From: Macrostomum lignano
Taxonomy: Eukaryota
Reading direction: 5' to 3'
DNA length: 64,000 bases
NCBI GenBank assembly: GCA_002269645.1
Contig: NIVC01000746.1
Coordinates: 124,001 to 188,000, forward strand
Shown: positions 1 to 12,406 of the stretch, in pieces
How the letters are laid out: each line of letters opens with the position of its first letter
Position numbering within the stretch: the stretch's first letter is position 1
Notes under the pieces: model-generated
Seen by the model: only the letters and a program-made list of their open reading frames with translations
What the model was told of the DNA's origin: nothing
Database searches by the model: none
Made by a program: the position numbers and the translations under genes

Positions 1-923
1 GAGTAAAATAAGAAAGTCGAAAATTTACTTCTACCTACTACTGATACTAAAAAGTAGTGTAAATACTGTGAACATTCTAAATAAAATTTGTAATAAATAA
101 GAAGTCGCACAGTCACGGGTATTTCGAAACTCGCACAGTGAAATCAAGCACTCGTTTATATCTGTCTGTTACAATGCAGCATCAAGGGATTTTGTTTTCT
201 CAACCACAAGCAACTCATATTCATAGGAGGGTTCGGGAACAGAGGAAGAAGCTGACAAAAAATTATTTAAAATATTATTATTACTGATTTATAATTTCAA
301 TGCGCTATACACGCTACTTTAAACGACCAAGGTTCAGACAAGTAGTGCACACCGTACAGGAGCTCCCACAATGGCCTGCACTGCAATGCGTAGGGCAACA
401 AAAATGCTGAATCGCTCAATTGAGAAACAACAACCAAACAAAAAAACAAAAAATTAAGACAATACATATTTTTTTAAATTTTACGACAGCAACGAATGAT
501 GCAACATTAGTGAGGCCTACAATAGCAGGATCGAAAATTTTTGAAGCTTACTTAAAATCATCTCCTTAGAAGATCTACGGCAACAGGAAAAAATAGCGAT
601 CATCAGTCAGACAATGGAATCCACAGCGTTAAACTACTATATGCCGTAACAATTTACTAATATTATATTAAGTATCCAGAGTTTACAATTTAAGTAATGC
701 ATCAACTGTGTCTCAACTGCCCGACAACATGGATTAGGGAGGGGTATTGATCAACAAAACAACTGTACTTTTCTAGGCGAATCCTTGCTAATATAACTTT
801 TATGGGTCAGAAATTAATCTGGTAGGTTATTAGAGAAACCAACAGACAAATTAGATGGCATCAAGCCGAACTGAGATTATTATATATCCAGGTTCACCAG
901 ACTGGAGCTGTGGGGTAGCTGAA

Positions 924-1481
924 GGCCCGCTGAAGGATCAGGGAGGGTGCAGCGGTGGCCCGCTGAAGGATCAGGGAGGGTGCAGCGGTGGCCCGCTGAA
1001 GGATCAGGGAGGGTGCAGCGGTGGCCCGCTGAAGGATCAGGGAGGGTGCAGCGGTGGCCCGCTGAAGGATCAGGGAGGGTGAAGCGGTGGCCCGCTGAAG
1101 GATCAGGGAGGGTGCAGCGGTGGCCCGCTGAAGGATCAGGGAGGGTGAAGCGGTGGCCCGCTGAAGGATCAGGGAGGGTGCAGCGGTGGCCCGCTGAAGG
1201 ATCAGGGAGGGTGCAGCGGTGGCCCGCTGAAGGATCAGGGAGGGTGAAGCGGTGGCCCGCTGAAGGATCAGGGAGGGTGCAGCGGTGGCCCGCTGAAGGA
1301 TCAGGGAGGGTGCAGCGGTGGCCCGCTGAAGGATCAGGGAGGGTGCAGCGGTGGCCCGCTGAAGGATCAGGGAGGGTGCAGCGGTGGCCCGCTGAAGGAT
1401 CAGGGAGGGTGCAGCGGTGGCCCGCTGAAGGATCAGGGAGGGTGCAGCGGTGGCCCGCTGAAGGATCAGGGAGGGTGCAGC
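924..1481. repeat. 33-bp GC-rich minisatellite, about 17 copies
   Basis: Unit gcagcggtggcccgctgaaggatcagggagggt with internal hairpin cagcgg-tggc-ccgctg. Explains the ORFs at 855-1680. Confidence 0.97.
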
Positions 1482-1540
1482 AGTGCTGATTTTCAATGCT
1501 CAAGGATGGAAATCTAAATCTTGGCATTTTCCAGGAATTA

Positions 1541-1546
1541 TTTATT
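1541..1546 (-). promoter_or_regulatory. Probable eIF5B polyadenylation signal AATAAA
   Basis: tttatt on the + strand, about 90 nt past the stop codon. Confidence 0.6.
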
Positions 1547-1634
1547 AAACACCCCAAGAAGTTCACGAGAGAAAAGTGTGCAATAGACGGAGAACAGGCG
1601 CCAAAGAAAGACCGCATAGTCAGGGGGGAGTCTC

Positions 1635-1856
1635 TCAATAAACATTGAAGGCTTTCTTTAGCTCGATGACCAGTTTCCAATCCTCCTTGCCGAGATCGTC
1701 GCGGAAGTACTGCTTGAGAGCGTCGATGCTCTCTCGGCTGACCCGGCTCATCAGCAGGTCGTTGTGGTCGAAGTGCCGGCCGTACATCTTCGGCGCGTCG
1801 CCAGGCGGTGCGGCGATTTTAATGCACAGCTCGGCGCCTCGGCGGGCCTCTTCCAC
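1635..1856 (-). CDS. EIF5B: eIF5B coding exon 6 (C-terminus)
   Basis: aaacag|GTG to TGA at 1635. Encodes VEEARRGAELCIKI...YGRHFD...SRESIDALK...WKLVIELKKAF. The six exons total 3195 nt (1064 aa plus stop). Confidence 0.95.
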   Translation of the reverse strand: MEEARRGAELCIKIAAPPGDAPKMYGRHFDHNDLLMSRVSRESIDALKQYFRDDLGKEDWKLVIELKKAFNVY

Positions 1857-1919
1857 CTGTTTGCCGATATGTAGTGTAAAAGACTTTATAAGGCATGAAT
1901 TTTCAATTAAAAGAGCTAA

Positions 1920-2035
1920 GAAAGACACTAGACACACCAAGAAAGACACTGAGGCAGTCACTGAGACCGACACTGAGACAGTCACTGAGACCGACACTGA
2001 GACAGACGCTAAGACAGACGCTAAGACAGACAATA
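1920..2035. repeat. Degenerate 6/12-bp repeat in eIF5B intron 5
   Basis: gacact/gagaca/gacgct iterations. Confidence 0.85.
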
Positions 2036-2072
2036 AAACAGGCACCAGGACATAAAAAATGCAATAAGTCAC

Positions 2073-2424
2073 CTTTTTATGATTGAGCTCGAGCGACTCG
2101 ACCCGGCCGAGGTACACGGACTCCTTGCTAGGCACCGAGATCGGCGTGCCCACCTTGAGAATGCCGGCCTCAACAATGACGCCGCACACGATTGGGTCCC
2201 GGCTGTTGAAGATGAACTGCGGCAGGACGCGCAGCTTGCAGGGGAACACGGCGATGTCTTTGAACTTCTCCCGTTCCGCTTTGATTCGATCGTCTCGCCA
2301 TTTGATGAACGCGTCGCTCAGGTGGTAGATGATGTCGGCAGTGAAAATCTTCACGCCGTGACTGTCCGCCAGCTCCTGCGCCTCGCGCTCCACCTTCACG
2401 TCGAAGGCCAGAATGACCGCCCAC
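2073..2424 (-). CDS. EIF5B: eIF5B coding exon 5
   Basis: ctccag|G TGG...AAG|gtgact, 352 nt. Encodes WAVILAFDV...IIYHL...AVFPCKL...FNSRDPIV...LELNHKK. Confidence 0.94.
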
Positions 2425-2511
2425 CTGGAGGGGAATTCAGGGTTAACGATTGGTTTCACCTGCATAAGTTAGAGTACAAAGTAATCCTACCCTGAATAAT
2501 CTATATCCGCA

Positions 2512-3194
2512 TTGGCTAGATTAGCAATCCATTCTATTCCTTCATTTGAATGGACTAGATTAGCAATCCATTCTATTCCTTCATTTGAATGGACTAGATT
2601 AGCAATCCATTCTATTCTTTCGTTTGAATGGACTAGATTAGCAATCCATTCTATTCCTGCATCCTTGTGGGCTAGATTAGCAATCCATTCTATTCCTTCA
2701 TTTGAATGGACTAGATTAGCAATCCATTCTATTCTTTCGTTTGAATGGACTAGATTAGCAATCCATTCTATTCCTGCATCCTTGTGGGCTAGATTAGCAA
2801 TCCATTCTATTCCTTCATTTGAATGGACTAGATTAGCAATCCATTCTATTCTTTCATTTGAATGGACTAGATTAGCAATCCATTCTATTCTTTCATTTGA
2901 ATGGACTAGATTAGCAATCCATTCTATTCTTTCATTTGAATGGACTAGATTAGCAATCCATTCTATTCTTTCGTTTGAATGGACTAGATTAGCAATCCAT
3001 TCTATTCCTGCATCCTTGTGGGCTAGATTAGCAATCCATTCTATTCCTTCATTTGAATGGACTAGATTAGCAATCCATTCTATTCTTTCATTTGAATGGA
3101 CTAGATTAGCAATCCATTCTATTCTTTCATTTGAATGGACTAGATTAGCAATCCATTCTATCCCAGCATCTACATGGGCTAGATTAGCAATCCC
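2512..3194. repeat. 39-bp minisatellite, about 17 copies, filling eIF5B intron 4
   Basis: Unit ctagattagcaatccattctattccttcatttgaatgga with a gcatccttgtggg variant. Confidence 0.97.
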
Positions 3195-3217
3195 TAAACC
3201 CCCAGACAGCGCCTCAC

Positions 3218-3426
3218 TGTGGATCCTTCTCCAGCATGATGCTGCACTTAGTGACGTCGCGCTTGTGCACCGGTCCGATGTTGATGCCGCAGTAGGGTAT
3301 CTTCTCCGTACGCAGAAACAACAGCAGAGCCTCCAGGGAGCCCAGCGTGCTGGCTTGCACATACACACCCGTGTCCTGCACTTCGATGCTCTTCAACACT
3401 TTGCTCAGCTTGGCGCTGACGTCCAT
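3218..3426 (-). CDS. EIF5B: eIF5B coding exon 4 (domain III)
   Basis: tttgtag|ATG...CA|gtgagg, 209 nt. Encodes GVYVQASTLGSLEALL...GINIGPVHKRDV. The split codon CA|G joins exon 5 in frame. Confidence 0.95.
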
Positions 3427-3631
3427 CTACAAAGTGGATAACGGGGGCTGAATTGATGTTAAATTGCTCCCAACTTGGGTGCCAGCATCCTTCGATACAC
3501 TAAAGAACCACACGGGGATGCATTTGCGGAAAGAGACAATTAGCATTGAACAATGGGAGCTGAAAATACCGGTATTTAAATTTCATGGCATCCCAAGAAA
3601 GACACTTCCAACACCCTAAAGCAGACCTTTA

Positions 3632-3988
3632 ACACCATAAGACAGACACTACTAACACCCTAAGACAGACACTTCCGATACCCTAAGACAGACACTACCG
3701 ACACCCTAAGACAGACACTACCGACACCCTAAGACACACTACTAACACCCTAAGACAGACACTACCAACACCCTAAGACACACTACTAACACCCTAAGAC
3801 AGACACTCCAGACACCCTAAGACAGACACTCCAGACACCCTAAGACAGACACTCCAGACACCCTAAGACAGACACTACCGACACCCTAAGACAGACACTC
3901 CAGACACCCTAAGACAGACACTACCGACACCCTAAGACAGACACTTCCGATACCCTAAGACAGACACTCCAGACATCCTAAGACACTA
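3632..3988. repeat. 19-23-bp minisatellite
   Basis: Unit ccgacaccctaagacagacacta and variants. Confidence 0.93.
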
Positions 3989-5051
3989 AGAGGTTTTCTT
4001 ATTCTACCGGGGCACTCCTACCAAAATTTAAGCAACGTTTTACGAATGAGATCCTACTAACAATTAGTAGTAAGGTTAGAAGATTTTATTATTTTATTAA
4101 GAAAATTTCACATCAAGGACATATGCGCCAACTCTATATTACAGTAGGAATTTAGTGTGTCCTCATTTATTGTATAGCATCGCAAAAAGTGTCGTGGGGG
4201 GGTAAATCCGAATAAAAGAGGTTTAAACTATTTGGCCCGATAAAGAGTACATGCATAAGCTCGAGATGGATGGAGAGCAAACAAGGGGCCAGCTCGTGTC
4301 GAGTAGCTGCCAAGCTGATCAAGTGATGCGAAAGAAGGGAGACGGATACGCTAGGAGAGAAAGTTAGACTGAGAGAGAGAGAGAAGTGAGAGAAGAAAGG
4401 ATTTTTTTAGCCCCACGTCCTGCCAGGCTCTCCTAGAAGACAGACAGCAGCAAGAACAGGAGAGACGCGCTGGCGCACACGCGAGTCCATGGCAGAGGAT
4501 ACTTGAGATTAAATTTACTCTCTCCTCCTCGCTATTTTCCTCTTCTAGATCGGAGCAACCCGGCAGCCCCACACAGGCAGAGCTTAATTCGCGTTTTAGC
4601 TGCTGAGAAAGAGGGCGAGAAATAGAGAGAGGGAGGGAGAGTATCGTATGAGAATCCGATTCGAGTGTACACAGAATTTCAGTACACCCAGTGGATGCAC
4701 GAGTAGACCAGTAGACAGCCACCCCACTGTCCGATCACTCTCCATTATCACCCCCACACACGCCGGCAGCGGTTGACCCGCTCTTAGCGAGAAAGTTTCC
4801 ATTCGAAATGAGCCGACCCGATCCCCAGCTCTGTGGCAGTTTCAAGTAGTTAGCATAGTTAGCAAGCCAGCCAGTTCAGCTAACTGTGCCGCAATTGGGT
4901 GAAAGTGAAAGTAAGAAGATTAGAGTCTAGGATTGATTAAACACACCAACTGACTGCTCACATAGCCTTCTCTAGAGCCTGACACTAGAAGTCTGCTTTG
5001 AAAGTTCTGGAATGAGTTGTTCTCGGGGTTTGAAAAGCTGCTAATTCGGGC

Positions 5052-5250
5052 CTGATAGGTGGACATTGTGGCTCTGAAGGGAGTGACACTAGGTGGACAT
5101 TGTGGATTTGAAAGGAGTGACATTCCGGGTTTCATAGGAGGCCATTATGGATTCGGACCGAGTGACATTCCGGGTCTGATAGGTGGACATTTTGGCTCTG
5201 AAGGGAGTGACATTCCGGGTCTGATAGATGGACATTGTGTATTTGAACCG
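5052..5250. repeat. 45-bp degenerate minisatellite, about 4.5 copies
   Basis: Unit ggacattgtggctctgaagggagtgacattccgggtctgataggt. Confidence 0.85.
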
Positions 5251-5999
5251 TAATAAGTTCTCAATGATGCAAATAGGAGGTTTAAGGCGGCCAATGTACG
5301 CTAAATTCCTAGAAGAGATTTCGGATCTACAGAAGATATAATTCTCCGACACTAGTAGAGTTAGAGAAGCACAGTTGAACCAATCGAATTGACGCACGGA
5401 ATTCAGTGCATAGTGTTCACTCGCAGATCCTAGCAATGGGACTCGAGAATGTAGGAATGGGAATCTAGCAGGGGGATTAATATCTAAGCTGGGTGGATTT
5501 CAGTCGCCCGGATTTGCGATATATCTAATAGTAATAATAGGCAGACAGGCTGAGCAGCCATGAGCGGGGCTGCATAAATTATCGACGCTTGCAAACGCAA
5601 AAAAGAATATTATATTATTGCCGATGAGCCATAAAAATACAGCGAAATATTCCGTCTCCCTATAGGCCAAGGGAAACTGGGTGAGGATTTTAGCAGATAA
5701 ATTTTTCCCAGACTGGGGTTTCATATTGAAACAGTGCTTTAATATTTTATTAATAGCAGCTGTTCTCAATTGAACTGAAGCACAGCTAAATCTCACAAGT
5801 CTGTCTTTAAACCAACGAAATTCTAAATGAGCAAAAATGTCAGAGCCAGCATCCTTACTGACTCATCGCGATTTGGGGTCGATATTGAACCATTTTGCAA
5901 GGGCACTTTATAGCTCGTAATGACGTCGGTAATATATTCTTTCGCAACAATCTCATCAGTAAGGACTTAAAATTAGACCTTTTGTCCATTTTTCCTTCA

Positions 6000-6140
6000 T
6001 TTTTACCGGGAGTGCAGAATATTTTAAACAGAAGAAACGTGAATGCTGCAATTAAGGGTCTAAGTGAGTCCAGGGAGATGTGCATGGCCTTAACCGGCCA
6101 TGGATTCTTCCAGAGACATATCTGGTTGCAAACCAGTTGC
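6000..6140 (+). mobile_element. Possible non-LTR retrotransposon ORF2 C-terminal remnant
   Basis: Translates ...[18 protein letters not shown], resembling the LTGHG-x-F-xx-H motif that precedes the C-terminal zinc knuckle in R1/LOA/I-type elements. The match is short. Confidence 0.4.
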
Positions 6141-7099
6141 CGTCACCTTCTGCCCTTATTTCAATACAAATATTGAAATAATTGTGCGCGGCACAAACAG
6201 CTCGGCAACTCCAGGCGGATGGACGAACTGACCACCCCGGACAACATCCGTGATCTTTGCGCCTTCATCAGAGATACCGGCCGGATGAGGGTCGTCGATG
6301 CCTCCCCCTGCGAACCTGCCGACTACTGGCGGGGTCAAAAATCCAGATCTTTAGAAATCCCTGGCTGTAGTGTTCCGGTGCATTTTTCAACCCTACCCAT
6401 TTTAAAAAGCCGTCTCAGTATCAGCTTTAAGCAGCAGACAGGCAGGTTTAAAAAAGCGCAAGCAACTCACTGAGCGTAGGCGTGACTCATAAAAGTGATT
6501 ACACAGGGCGTCATTACCAAAAGGTACAAATTAGCTAATGGAAAAAATCTTTTCAATTTAATTTTTTCATTGAATGTAGAAACATGAAGACAGACAGACC
6601 TTAGAGATTTAGTATATTGTGATCCATCACGCTGCATGAAGTGGATAAAGAGTACAATTTACTTATGACATACATGTAGTGAATAGACTGTGCTCTTGCT
6701 CAGGTGCCTGGATAACGACAGAGGCACATTGTGAGCTAGACAGACACGGGAGAAATCCTGCTAGCTGTTGGTTGAGAATTTTTTAATTACGCACTGCAAT
6801 GGAGGCCGCTTGCTCAAACACTGACTCAGTTGCAATGCAATTTTTACTGCTGACAGTCTGCGGTTCTCTAAAATCTTTATGACGCTGCTTTGACAATGCG
6901 CACTTTTTTTGTAAATTATTGATTTGCCAAGCCATAGAATAAACATGAGCGTATACAAATATTGAAAGGTGCAAACTGGAAAGTGAATCGCCGGGCACTC
7001 TGGCCATCCGACAAACGAGTTAGCCGATTGCATGGTCTTACTAGTTCGACCAGGACCAGTGGTGGCTTCAAAGCACAGGGAGAGGTGGGCAACCGCCCC

Positions 7100-7237
7100 C
7101 GACTGTCGGCAATCCCGCGCGCGGCTGTCCCCTGTCCTTTCCCCGCCTTCCATAGGGCCCTGCTTGGATTCAACCGCAGGGACATCAGGGCGGTGACCAT
7201 GGCCCTCTCGGGCCGTTTCAATTTCCTGCTCATATAA
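7100..7237 (+). mobile_element. Second possible non-LTR ORF2 C-terminal remnant
   Basis: [23 protein letters not shown] resembles the LL-x-L-x-R-x-D-I-R...L(T/S)GH region. Degenerate. Confidence 0.3.
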
Positions 7238-8674
7238 GTATTGCTATTTATGGAGAAAACTGACTAAGACTAAGGTAAAGAGTGTTCCGAAATTCAAACG
7301 TGCTATTTCTTTCTCCGTAAAGACTATAGAAAAGGTTAGATCAGTAGACAAGAACAATAACTGCAAAGCATATGCGAAAGTCAAACTCATAAAAAAACTG
7401 GTGAAGACATAAAAACCCATTCTAGTAACGATAAAAATACTTGGATTTGGACAATCTAGACTGGTAGACCCCTAACCTGAGAAGGTAGGTTGCGTGCAAA
7501 CTGTTAAAATCAACATGAAAATACAGACAAGTCCAACACAGCAATGAGCCATCGTACAAAAGACTCAGCAAGCCTGTGGGTTTTGGACTCTTAATCAAAT
7601 AAACGGGCCAACTCGTTTTTTTCCAATATTCGTAGAAAGCTAAATGACGAATGGAAAGCAAATAAGAAAAGACAGTCCGATTCCAAAGCAAGCACAAGAG
7701 CTCGATTTGGCAGCTTAATGAGCTGTATGGGGGGAGGTCATTGAGAACGAGTGGCAGGCAGAATGGGAGACACTCAGCTGAAAAACAATAGTTACAGGAC
7801 CGATCCGCAGTTAAACAGTAAGGAGAAATGGGGAGCAGAAGCCGACTAAATAGGGGGGGGGGGCAGAGGAAATTGAAGAGGGAGGGTAGGATCGGATTTT
7901 TTGGTTTGGTCTCGTCGTGGCGAGGAGGAGACGGGGGAGCAATGCCAGGCGAGTCACTCCAAAAGTAATACAAACGGTCGCAGCATTGGCTGAAGATAAG
8001 AGAGAGCAGCGAGAGACGAGACCGAGAGCAGGAGCAGTTGAGGGGAGGACTTCCAATGCGCACGGGCAGCCAATGAATGAGGCGAAATGGTGGGAGAGGG
8101 AGGGAACAGAAATAAGGGCTTAAAGTTATATAGCTTCAAAGCTCCTCATTGCAAGCTTTGGCCAGAGGGTAGGAGCTGAAGGAATGAGTCAGGGATGGGG
8201 TGGGCCGCCTCGGGTGAGTGGAGAATGATAGGAGGAAGGGAAGGACAATATAGGGGGGCAGGGCCAAGTATTTTCAGGAGGAGGAGGGGGTGGGTGCTCC
8301 GCGCTTGGAGGGCTCCTGCCGGCCCGACCAACCCCCGCGTCACCCTCCTCGCCTCCCAAAAACAGTGGGCCGAGACGAATAAGCCCCCCCACCACCCCAT
8401 TCCTCCGTTCAGTTCTGTTCCGTTCCAAATCTGTCCGAGGCTAAACCAGAGCCCACCCCACTCCAATCCTCCGTTCTTCCCCTCCATAGTCCTCTGCCTG
8501 TTCGTCCTTAGTCAGGATAATAATTTTCTCTCCCTCTTATAAGCCAAGCCAACACTGAGGCACAGACATGGCCGAGTTCAGCAGTTGTTGAACAAAGCGA
8601 ACCTCCGTCCTGTTTACACCCTGACCAGACGCGGGTCAACTGGACAGAATAAAAAACACAAAAGCGCTGCAATC

Positions 8675-9525
8675 ATGATGCTTCGAGCCGAATGCACCCT
8701 GATCAGCTGCATAGCCCTGCTAACGCCTCAGCTATTCGTGCATTTGCCTCTGCGAGCCTACATCGAGTACGGACTATGGCCTGTCCTAGTTCAACTAGCC
8801 GGCATACTGGTTCTAGTGCAGCCGTTAGTGTTCTGCGAATTAGCGCTGGGCCAGCGAAGTCAGTTTGGCCCAGTGAAATGCTGGTGCTTTGGCCCGGCTT
8901 GGAAAGGCATCGGCCTGCTGATGCTCACCTGCAGCGCGCTAGACCTATTGGCTACCAATGCCGACGTGCTGGATCATCTGCAGCGGCACCACAACATCGG
9001 TGGCTTACAATACACGGCTTATTTTCAGCTAGCCCTGTGGCTAGGCGTACTGCTACCTGTGCTAACCTGGTGGCCAAAGTATGCCAGCAAACTGTGGGTC
9101 CTCGGCTCCCTCTTGTGCATCGGCGCCCTCTGCGCCGTGGCCGCTCGCACACTGTCTCTGGGCCACTCTGAGGCCGCTCTCCAACGCCTTTGGCAACTGT
9201 CAGCTAAACTGCCAGATAGCCTGCTAGACCTGCTGCGAGCCTCACTACTGCCCTACCTGTACGCCTGCGGCACAGGAGCGCTAATAGCGCTGGGCAGTTA
9301 CAGGAAGCCGCGAACCAACGCATTCCTAGACTCCGGCCTAACAGTTGGCCTAGTATTTCTGTTGCACGCGCTCTACACTGTGTCAACTAGCGCATTGGTT
9401 ATGCAATTCTGTCAGGGACATCCGGCTTTATTTGGCGACGCAGCTTCTCCAGCATCGGCAATTGACGCTTCTGGTGCGGCACCTGCGCCAGCTAGTAGCT
9501 CTAACGGCACCTGTCAGATGCCTCG
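8675..9525 (+). CDS. Divergent SLC6 (sodium:neurotransmitter symporter)-like gene, exon 1, nested antisense in eIF5B intron 3
   Basis: PLVFCELALGQ...GPVKCW...PAWKGIG matches the SLC6 TM2/TM3 signature and GALIALGSYRK matches the TM6-7 signature. Donor CG|gtgagg at 9526. The start is taken as the first in-frame ATG; further upstream exons cannot be excluded. Confidence 0.75.
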
Positions 9526-10651
9526 GTGAGGACTGAGGATTCCTACATGGCTAGTAGAGCCACAAGTTTGGGACCTGACTGACACGTCCGCTAGTCTCTT
9601 TTTTCTCTTTTTGGGACAAATATTTGAACTCCTTTCCAGCTTCCTTCCTGCCCACCGCTCGTCTCTCGCTTCCTGTCACAATCTGGCTATGCTATTGCTA
9701 GTAAAGTCGCAGAGCTGCCAAGGGATACATGGGGCGCATGGGCGAGCGAGCTGACTGAACTGGGGAAAAATTCCAAAGATATAATCCCATCCTGCAGCTC
9801 GCATAGTCACAGCCGTTTTCACCACCCCATACTGTTGGAGATTTTTTCCCTCTCGCCCCAAATATATCAAATCTCTCTCGCCCGAAGCCAGTGAAGCTGA
9901 CTAGCGTCCTAGCGATGTACTTGATCGCCAGCTAATAAAACTACGAAAAGTTCAACTTTTTCTCTAAAAAGACAGGAAGGTGGTAAGATCCTAGGAATGA
10001 TATTGTGCTGGACTATACACAAGCAGCGTTCATGTGCGTGAACTTATAGAGAACGTGAAGTTTTTTCACTTATAACTGCGCAAAACTGAACTTTTCGATT
10101 GCCGTTAGAATTCTAGTTGGCTCTTTTCCTATGCACAGTTGCGCTAAAATAGATAAAAACCTATGCTAGTCTTAAGAACTTCAGATCGCTTAGTAATACA
10201 CAATAAGCAGCGCGCTCAGATGAAGAGAATGAAGCTTTAGTAAGGACCAGTTGCTTCAGGCTGAAAGTCAAAGATAGGAGATTGGATAGTGGGTAAGTCA
10301 GTGTTATTCTTCAGTTTCTGACCCAAGGGAGTTAGTTGTCTGTCAAGTGTCGAATTACTGAAGTTTCTAGCATAGTGCTGGAATCCCAGGAGCTTTGATA
10401 AGACACCAGGGGAAAGGAAAGTTGACAGACCGAACTAAACATAACGAATGCAAGAAGTGGCTGCAGCTCACTGGTTGGACGACAGGACAAGAACTAAAAT
10501 CAATTTTTTTCAAAGCAAACAAACTCAATGATATAGAGCATAGAGTACGTAGACAACTTTGGCTACATATTAACGTGAAGTTTCGTTGTGCTAAAAGTAA
10601 TTAGAAAGTCCCAGCTGACTTAACCAACCCACCGGAATTCGCTTTCTGCAG

Positions 10652-11958
10652 CTACAACGTCAGACTGCCAACCGTGCCTTCAGCCAGCGCCAATCAACCT
10701 GGCTGGGCGATCGCTCCGCCAGAGGCCGACGATCGAGCCGGTGACGATGTCCGAGTCTACCTGGAGCTGTTGGAAGGCTTGCCAACTAACATGATCTCGC
10801 CAAAAATTTGGCTCTGGTTTTGGCGCAGCGCTCTTGGCTGGCTATTCCTAACTAGAATGCTGGTACGCGCCGACGCTTGGGTGCGCGCCGTATCTGACAA
10901 ATTTCGCGGCTGTCAGAGCCTTCGTAGGCGACAATGGACTGCGCGTCTACTAGCTAGTCTAATTGTGTGCACCTTTGGCGCCGGCTTGGGCTTTGTGCAG
11001 CAGCACTTCAAGCAGAATCTCAGCCTGCCAGATCTGTACCGAATGTCAACTGTGCGTTGGCTGCCTCTGCTGCTGACGGCTCTGGCCTGTCTAGCTGTGG
11101 CTCACGGCTACGGAGGCGTCCGCTTCATCAAGGAGGTTGGCGGCGGGGTAGCCCTCCGGCCCTGGTTCCTAGTGCTGGTCGGCTTTGTCACGCCAGGCCT
11201 GGCCATTGCACTAGCCGGTCTCCGCATGCACGTCAGTATCCAGGCGCTACTGTGGCCCAGCGCTGGCAATCTGTTTTACCGCATCATCGGGCCGTCCATA
11301 CAGGTGCCCAACTATGCTAACCTACTGCTAGCCGTAGCCGCCTTTCTATTCCTACTGGCTGGCCTGTTTAGCCCGCTGATCTGGCACGGCCTGTGCCGGA
11401 GGCAGCGCTGCATAGATCTGGTGCAGCCGACAAAGAGCTGGCAGGGCGAACAGTTGCACAGGCCTGGAGGTCCCGGAGACGGCATCGACGGCAGCACCGG
11501 AGACATGGCATCGGAGGATTCGGCCAACGGTACCAATGGAGGCGGCGGAGTCATGGGCGGCATGATCGGCAGTGGCAGCGGCGGTGGAGGCGGCTATGGC
11601 GGAGGCGGCGGCATGGGTGGCGGCGATTTCTTAGTGCGAGACCTCGGCGCTACAACCATCGGCAATGAGAGTCCGGTGATGACGCACACAATGCGCCAAC
11701 AGCACCAACAGCAGCAGCAATATCAAGCTGCTACCGCGGTGAAATTGGCAAATCCTATGCTGCCGCCACCGTCTAACGATATTGAGCCGCCCTTGCCGCC
11801 GCCTCCGCCGCCAGCGGCAGCCGCTCTAATGTACACTAACGCCAAGCCGACGCAGCCTGTGAGACCCATGGTAGAGCAGCAGCAGCAGCAGCAATACGCA
11901 ATGACAGCCGTAGTCTCTTCAACGGCTTCCTCCATGTCTTCTACTCCGCCACCGCCCC
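10652..11958 (+). CDS. SLC6-like gene exon 2 (C-terminal TM helices, then a G/Q/P-rich tail)
   Basis: ctttctgcag|C completes the split codon CG|C. Several hydrophobic helices are followed by poly-G, poly-Q and poly-P tracts. Confidence 0.7.
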
Positions 11959-12027
11959 TCCGCCGTCAATTCTGCCGATGTCAACAATAGCTGGCACAGC
12001 GGACACCTACGGAACTGTGCGGTTCCA

Positions 12028-12058
<31 letters not shown>

Positions 12059-12406
12059 CAGAACCAACAGTACCCGCAGTACCAGAGCGTACCGACCTCC
12101 TACTCTACGTCCACACTGCCGGCTAGGGACAGGCAGAAGGGCGAGATTCGATTTAATCTGTCTGGCGGCGGCGAGGACGCGATCGGCGGCCAGGCGGCTG
12201 GCGGCGCCGCCAGCGGCACAAAGACTCTAAACCGGGGCATACTGAAGAACAAGCACCAGACAGCGGACGGCTATCAGCAGCAGCGACAGGCGGGCCAGCA
12301 GCAACAATTCTTAGAAGAGTGCATTCCGCTGCGCGGAAATCACGCGGATAATCCGTACCAGGCCAGGGCAGAAATGTACAGAGGTACTGGAGGCGACATG
12401 TTATAG
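11959..12406 (+). CDS. Probable frameshifted continuation of the SLC6-like cytoplasmic tail
   Basis: One extra C in the run at 11955-11958 gives PPPP-PPPSILPMSTIAG...QQQQ...GILKNK to TAG at 12406. Low-complexity style is the same as upstream. Confidence 0.55.

Noticed and set aside
880-3441. Repeat-peptide ORFs (HRCTLPDPSAG, QRWPAEGSGRV, RLAIHSIPSFEWT and others)
   Set aside because: They come from minisatellite units of 33 and 39 bp (multiples of 3) in the eIF5B 3' flank and intron 4.
6200-6340. ctgatga on the minus strand suggesting a hammerhead ribozyme
   Set aside because: No stem II-GAAA or stem I/III pairing could be found.
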